DNA of 64,000 nt from contig NZ_CP134949.1 in NCBI RefSeq assembly GCF_032116555.1, forward strand, positions 248,001 to 312,000. The letters run 5' to 3'. Origin of the DNA: Halorarum halobium. GTDB taxonomy: Archaea; Halobacteriota; Halobacteria; Halobacteriales; Haloferacaceae. The translations under genes were made by a program, and so were the position numbers. The notes under the pieces were generated by a model. The model made no database searches and had not been told where the DNA came from. It saw nothing but the letters and a program-made list of their open reading frames with translations. The stretch's first letter is position 1, and each line of letters begins with the position of its first letter. Below, in pieces: positions 59,181 to 64,000 of the stretch.

Positions 59181-59618
59181 ATGAGCAGGCTCGAGCAGTT
59201 CCTCGCGGGCGAGCGCCTGGAGGACGTGGCGATCTACCTCGACGACGACCTCCTCGACGACGGGGGGAAACTCGCGGGCATGGGCGACCCCGTCGGCGAC
59301 GGCGTCGTCCTCGTCGTGTCCGGCGAGAAGGGGCGCTCCGCGTTCGCGGCCGGGACGGGCATGGACCCGATGGAGTTCTCCCGGCAGGCGATGGAGCACG
59401 AGGGAACCGTCGACGCGGACCTGGGCGGCGGCGACTGCCCGGCGGCCGAGGACGCAGGGGCCGACCACGCGGTCGAGTTCCTGTTCGCGTTCGCGGAGGC
59501 GCGAAACGAGGGGGTCGGGGGCATGTACGCGGACGGCGACGTGATGCACGCGTACGCCCACTGTACCTGCGGGACGAACTACTCGCAGAAGTGGCTCCTC
59601 GGCGAGCGGACGGCGTGA
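59181..59618 (+). CDS. conserved haloarchaeal protein (DUF5807-like)
   Basis: FLAGERLEDV...FAFAEARNEGVGGMY...HAYAHCTCGTNYSQKW. Confidence 0.8.
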   Translation: MSRLEQFLAGERLEDVAIYLDDDLLDDGGKLAGMGDPVGDGVVLVVSGEKGRSAFAAGTGMDPMEFSRQAMEHEGTVDADLGGGDCPAAEDAGADHAVEFLFAFAEARNEGVGGMYADGDVMHAYAHCTCGTNYSQKWLLGERTA

Positions 59619-59627
59619 ACGCTTCGG

Positions 59628-59689
59628 GGCCCGGTCTGGCCCGGTCTGGTCCCGTCCGGTCCCGTCCGGTCCCGTCCGGTCCCGTCCGG
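59628..59689 (+). repeat. 10-bp tandem repeat (GGCCCGGTCT x2, GGTCCCGTCC x4)
   Basis: direct reading, just after the upstream gene's stop. Confidence 0.9.
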
Positions 59690-59797
59690 ACTCCGTTCGG
59701 CGAGTCAGACAGCCGGCAGGGAGTCGTCGCCATCGGTGCCACAGATCTCGGCAGGTGGGAACAACGCTCAATCCCCGTCCCGCCGTCCCCGAGGGCG

Positions 59798-60184
59798 ATG
59801 GACAGATACGCCGACGGATACGTTCTCGTGGTCCCGACCGCGGAGCTCGACGCCTACCGGGAGATGGCCGCCGAGGCCGGGGAGCTCTGGATCGAACACG
59901 GTGCGCTCGAGTACTTCGAGGGGGTCGGCGACGACATGGAACCCGACGGGGACGGGACGTCGATGCGGACCTTCCCTCAACTCGCCGGAACCGGCGACGA
60001 CGAGACGGTCGTGTTCTCGTTCGTCGTGTTCGAGTCCCGGGAACGCCGCGACGAGGTGAACGCGAAGGTGATGGACGACCCCGCGATGGACCCGAACCGA
60101 CCGGACGTGGAGATGCCCTTCGACCCGGAGCGCATGACCTACGGCGGGTTCCGCTCCATCGTCAGCTACGAGCACACGAGCTAG
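59798..60184 (+). CDS. DUF1428 (YbaA-like) protein
   Basis: YADGYVLVVP, GALEYFEG, ETVVFSF, MPFDPERMTYGGF. Confidence 0.9.
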   Translation: MDRYADGYVLVVPTAELDAYREMAAEAGELWIEHGALEYFEGVGDDMEPDGDGTSMRTFPQLAGTGDDETVVFSFVVFESRERRDEVNAKVMDDPAMDPNRPDVEMPFDPERMTYGGFRSIVSYEHTS

Positions 60185-60325
60185 TCGCGACTGTCGGTCC
60201 GGGACCCACGCGGGGCGACCCACCCGCAGTTCCCTCCGAGGAATCGCAACGACGGGAGTTCGAGAGCCGAGCGCGGTACGGGAGGCGGAACCGTTTTGTC
60301 CCGACTCGGACTCTCTCGGAGCACC

Positions 60326-60550
60326 ATGGCGGCCCCGGAACTGCGTCGGCGGACGGTCGTCGGCCTCATGGCGGGCGCGGTCGTCGTCACCGTCCTGGCG
60401 TTCACCGTCAGGGGGTTCGGCCAGCTCGTCGTCGGCTACGAGTTCGCGCTCCTCCTCGCCGGGCCGCTGTTCGGCGTCGCCTTCCTGCTCGCAGTCCTCG
60501 GGTTCTGTCTCGCGGTTCTGGCGAAGCTCTCGGTCGTCTCGATCGAGTGA
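60326..60550 (+). CDS. small two-TM membrane protein
   Basis: 74 aa, hydrophobic. Confidence 0.65.
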   Translation: MAAPELRRRTVVGLMAGAVVVTVLAFTVRGFGQLVVGYEFALLLAGPLFGVAFLLAVLGFCLAVLAKLSVVSIE

Positions 60551-60748
60551 GGCGGCGGTCGGTCTGCGCGCTCATTCGGGTCGATTCACGGGGCACTCGC
60601 TCGAGACGGCCGAACGACGGGACTCTGGGCCGTACTCTCCCCCCGTCGGTCAGGACGAACGTACTGAACGCGGGGTCGGCCGTGATCGTGCACGCCAGCG
60701 AGGAGGATTCGCAACTGCCGGCCGGCCGCTCACGCGGGGGTGCGTTCC

Positions 60749-61555
60749 TCACCAGCCCATCCCCGGATCGTCGGCCGCTTGCCGGATCCAGGAGGCGACC
60801 TGCTCTTCGTCCAGCGCGTCCGTCTCCCCCTGGTCGAGGGCCTGTCTCGTCGGATCCGATCCGCTGGGTGGCTCCGGATCGAGGTACGCTTCACAGACGA
60901 ACGACAGTTTCACGTGGTTCGAGAACGCGCTGAACGACGCGAACCATCCCTCGTCCTCGACGCCGTAGAACGGCTGGTGCCACTTCACGGCGCGGCGCAC
61001 GTCGGGCAGTTCCTGCTGGATGATCTCGTCGAATCGTGTCGCGACCTCGCGCTTCCACCCCGGCAGCGCCGCGATGTACGCCTTCACCGCTGCGGACCCG
61101 TCGGTTTCGTCGTTCCTCCGCGCCGCCTGGTACCGTTTGCTCCGTTCGTCCCACTCCTGCTCCGAGGGAACCTGGTCCGGCAGTTCGATCTCCCCGAACT
61201 CAGCGTCCGGGACGCGGTTCTCACCCTTCCGGCCCGAGATCGCGGTCACGACCAGCACCTCCTCGGACTCCTCGGGACCAGAGAACAGGTCGAAGTCCAG
61301 CCGCACCGTTCCGCCGCGCCAGTGGCGAGCAAAGCCCACCCAGCCGTCGGGGTGGTCCTCCCGGCCGTCCTGCTCGACCCGGAAGAGGCCCAGCAGGGCC
61401 GGAACGGCGTCGGCCCCCCACTGGAGCCCCCGTTCCGGGTCCGTGAACTGAACCCCCTCGTCGTGGTCCTTCCTGTAGTCGGGTGCTCTGATCGCTCGGT
61501 TCGCCAGCACGAGTTCGGAGACTCGCCGGGCGGTAAGTGGGCCGGACGCGCTCAT
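60749..61555 (-). CDS. DUF1801 C-terminal domain protein with uncharacterised N-terminal domain (intact paralog)
   Basis: 268 aa; VKAYIAALPGWKRE, RAVKWHQPFYG, QVASWIRQAA. Confidence 0.88.
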   Translation of the reverse strand: MSASGPLTARRVSELVLANRAIRAPDYRKDHDEGVQFTDPERGLQWGADAVPALLGLFRVEQDGREDHPDGWVGFARHWRGGTVRLDFDLFSGPEESEEVLVVTAISGRKGENRVPDAEFGEIELPDQVPSEQEWDERSKRYQAARRNDETDGSAAVKAYIAALPGWKREVATRFDEIIQQELPDVRRAVKWHQPFYGVEDEGWFASFSAFSNHVKLSFVCEAYLDPEPPSGSDPTRQALDQGETDALDEEQVASWIRQAADDPGMGW

Positions 61556-61677
61556 GATCACTGACGAAACGCGGCGTCGGCTAATCAATATACCGCGGCA
61601 ACCGGACGGAGGACTCGGGATTGGGACGTGTCTCGCGTTCGACGCGACCCGACGAGCACCGTCGACGCCGGTCGCGC

Positions 61678-62919
61678 TTACTCCCCGTCGTCCTCGGCCA
61701 TCGCCTCGAACTCCGCCCGCTCCTCGGCGACGCGCTCGAACGCCGCGAGGATGACGCGCTTGGTCGCCGCGCCCTCGGTCGTCCAGTGGTGGGCGTAATC
61801 GAGCATGTCGTCGTACACGTCGGGCATGCAGCCGGCGGCCTGCGGGTGGCCGCCGCCGTTGACCTGCCCGGCGACCTCGTGTGCCAGCCGAAACCCGTCC
61901 GAGCCGCGGATGGAGGCGCTGCCGGCGGGCTTGACGATGACCGCGGCGTCCATCCCTCCCTGGCGGAGGGTCTCGGCGACCTCGTTCTGCGAGCAACGGC
62001 CGTAGGTGACGCCGACCGACCAGTCGCCCACCTCGTGCTCCTCGGCGCGCTCGACGGCCTTCTCGATGAGCAGCTCCTTCTCGACCCGGCGCTCGGCGAT
62101 GTACTCCTCGACCGCGGGCGGGAGGTCGACGCCGTACGCGCCGACGACGGCGGCGTACTCCTCGGCGTCCGTCCAGTAGGCGTAGTCGGCGATGTCGTCG
62201 CTGCGCTCGTCCTGCTTGAGCCAGAGGTCGTGGTCGCGGGTGACCGCGGCGAGTTCCGTGAAGCGCTCGGGGAACTCGTACTCGAGCGAGCGCAGGGTGA
62301 CGTCCGTCGAGCACTCCTCCTCGCTGTCGCCGACCACGAGGTCGATGCCCAGTTCGCGGACCGACGCCATGAGCTCGTCGCCCCACTGGTGGTGGTCGAA
62401 CCAGCGGACCCCGCCCGCGCGCTCGACGACCGTCCGCAGGTCGTCCTCGACGTACTCGAACGCGTCCGGACAGATGTCACAGACGAACACGTCGGCGTCG
62501 GGTTCGAGGTACTCGGCGGCGTAGCCCAGGTCCTCCTCGAACGAGTGCGGGCCGGAGGGGAGCAGCGCGACTGCCGACTCGGGGAGGTCGTCCTCGTCCT
62601 GCTCGGCGGCGGCGTCCGTGTCATCGTCGCCGTCCGTCTCGTCCGCGTCGTCCTCGTCGGCCAGGCGCTCGCGCAGTCGCTCCTCGAACGGGGCGACGTC
62701 GAGCGCGGCGTCGTACGCCTCGCGGACGAGCGCGACACAGCCGAGGCCGTCGGCGTCCGAGTCGGTGATGACCACGACGCCCGCGCCCTCCAGCGCCTCC
62801 CTCGCGCGCTCCTCGGCGAGGTCGTCGTCCAGCGAGTCGGGGTAGAAGAACCCCTCGCCGGGGAGCTTGGATCTGCGCTCCAGCGAGAGGGAGCCGGTGT
62901 CGATGAGTTCGTCGTCCAT
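61678..62919 (-). CDS. DHH/DHHA1 family phosphoesterase
   Basis: DSDADG, CD, FDHHQW, GGGHPQAAG. Confidence 0.92.
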   Translation of the reverse strand: MDDELIDTGSLSLERRSKLPGEGFFYPDSLDDDLAEERAREALEGAGVVVITDSDADGLGCVALVREAYDAALDVAPFEERLRERLADEDDADETDGDDDTDAAAEQDEDDLPESAVALLPSGPHSFEEDLGYAAEYLEPDADVFVCDICPDAFEYVEDDLRTVVERAGGVRWFDHHQWGDELMASVRELGIDLVVGDSEEECSTDVTLRSLEYEFPERFTELAAVTRDHDLWLKQDERSDDIADYAYWTDAEEYAAVVGAYGVDLPPAVEEYIAERRVEKELLIEKAVERAEEHEVGDWSVGVTYGRCSQNEVAETLRQGGMDAAVIVKPAGSASIRGSDGFRLAHEVAGQVNGGGHPQAAGCMPDVYDDMLDYAHHWTTEGAATKRVILAAFERVAEERAEFEAMAEDDGE

Positions 62920-63004
62920 ACCCGACCGTCCACGCCGGACGTGAAAACGTCGGCGTTCGGCCGCGACGGGGCGGCGGTCGACTGGGTCCCGATCGGCTGC
63001 CCGC

Positions 63005-63439
63005 TTACTCGGCTGCGCCCTGGAGCTGCCGGACGGTCAACACCGGCGTCGGGCAGGTGCGAACGACCCGTTCGGCGACGCTGCCGATGAGAAAGCGGTT
63101 CTCGCCGTGTCGGCCGCGGGTGCCCGTGGCGACGACGTCCGCGCCGATCTCGCGGGCGTACTCGCCGATCTCGTTGGCGGGGCGACCCTCCCGGACGACG
63201 GCGGTCACGTCGCGCTCGGTCCGCGCCTGGACGTCGACGATGGCCTCGCCGCCGCGCTCCTGGAGCGCGTGGCGCATGTCCTCGCGGACGGCGTCGGGCG
63301 AGGAGTCGACCTCGCCGGCGTCGACGACGTACAGCGCGTGGACCGCCGCGTCGAACCTGTCGGCGAGGTCGAGCGCGACGTCCACCGCTCGCCCGACGCT
63401 CTCGGAGCCGTCGGTGGCGATGACGATGGTGTCGAACAT
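63005..63439 (-). CDS. universal stress protein
   Basis: IVIATDGS...GTRGRHG..IGSVAERVVR. Confidence 0.95.
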   Translation of the reverse strand: MFDTIVIATDGSESVGRAVDVALDLADRFDAAVHALYVVDAGEVDSSPDAVREDMRHALQERGGEAIVDVQARTERDVTAVVREGRPANEIGEYAREIGADVVATGTRGRHGENRFLIGSVAERVVRTCPTPVLTVRQLQGAAE

Positions 63440-63557
63440 TACGAACTCCCTCGTCCGTTCGCGTCTTAAATCCCTGCAAGTTTCGCGTTGCGAGTGCGGA
63501 GCGGATGTCAGTCGAGAGGGCGTAACTGTTATTCGTACACAAATTCAACACGACCAC

Positions 63558-63848
63558 ATGTCAGAGGCCGATACGCCGCCGGACAAGACGACCGTGAACA
63601 TCCGAATGACGGAGACGTTCCTCGCCGACGTCGACGGGACGTGGAAGGAGTTCGGCTACAACAGCCGAAGCGAGTTCATCCGTGACGCGCTCCGCGACGC
63701 CGTCAAGCACCCCGAGTTCAACCGCGCGGATCTGAAGGCGATGCTCGCGGGCGAGGCCGAGATCCGGGAGGGCCGGACGTACTCCAGCGACGAGGTGAAG
63801 GACAAGTACGGGCTCCACGCTGACGCGGTCGACGAGCACGACGAATGA
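63558..63848 (+). CDS. RHH (CopG-like) antitoxin
   Basis: TTVNIRM...YNSRSEFIRDALR; ATGA overlap with the toxin gene. Confidence 0.85.
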   Translation: MSEADTPPDKTTVNIRMTETFLADVDGTWKEFGYNSRSEFIRDALRDAVKHPEFNRADLKAMLAGEAEIREGRTYSSDEVKDKYGLHADAVDEHDE

Positions 63849-64000
63849 GCGAGGGGTGGGACTGGCGGCTCACCGAACGGGCCATGAGACAGTTCGACGG
63901 ACTCGACGACTACGCTCGCGAACGGATCACGTCCAAACTGGACGACGTCGTCGACGACCCGTGGCGCGAGCCCGCCGACTACCTCGAACCGCTCTCGGGA
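63845..64000 (+). CDS. RelE/ParE family toxin (partial, runs off window)
   Basis: MSEGWDWRLTERAMRQFDGLDDYARERITSKLDDVVDDPWREPADYLEPLSG. Confidence 0.8.
   Translation, partial: MSEGWDWRLTERAMRQFDGLDDYARERITSKLDDVVDDPWREPADYLEPLSG

Overview
High-GC chromosomal segment of a halophilic archaeon (class Halobacteria), judged from acidic proteins, archaeal SRP54/MCM/NOG1/CofE/Mer and haloarchaeal-type tRNAs. Most of it is housekeeping: the 5' end of mcm, tRNA-Pro(UGG), tRNA-His(GUG), a Ski2-like helicase, srp54, surE, thrC, an ars operon, pstSCAB-phoU, a thiolase with an HMGCS-like/DUF35 partner, cofE-mer, engB, a BMP-type nucleoside ABC transporter, nog1, a DHH phosphoesterase and an RHH/RelE toxin-antitoxin pair. 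No CRISPR array, rRNA or transposase was seen. Highlights not visible in the ORF track: (1) a box C/D guide sRNA complementary to 23S rRNA helix 69, plus a decayed duplicate, the two bracketing a 49-aa tail-anchored microprotein gene; (2) an ORB-like Orc1/Cdc6 box abutting the mcm promoter; (3) a dispersed family of modular REP-like palindromic elements with compensatory stem changes; (4) two inverted paralogs of a DUF1801-fusion gene about 56 kb apart, one frameshifted, sharing identical DNA tracts; (5) a 15-bp x11 tandem array built on a stop codon; (6) several candidate operators. Family assignments come from motif recognition only; no database searches were run.
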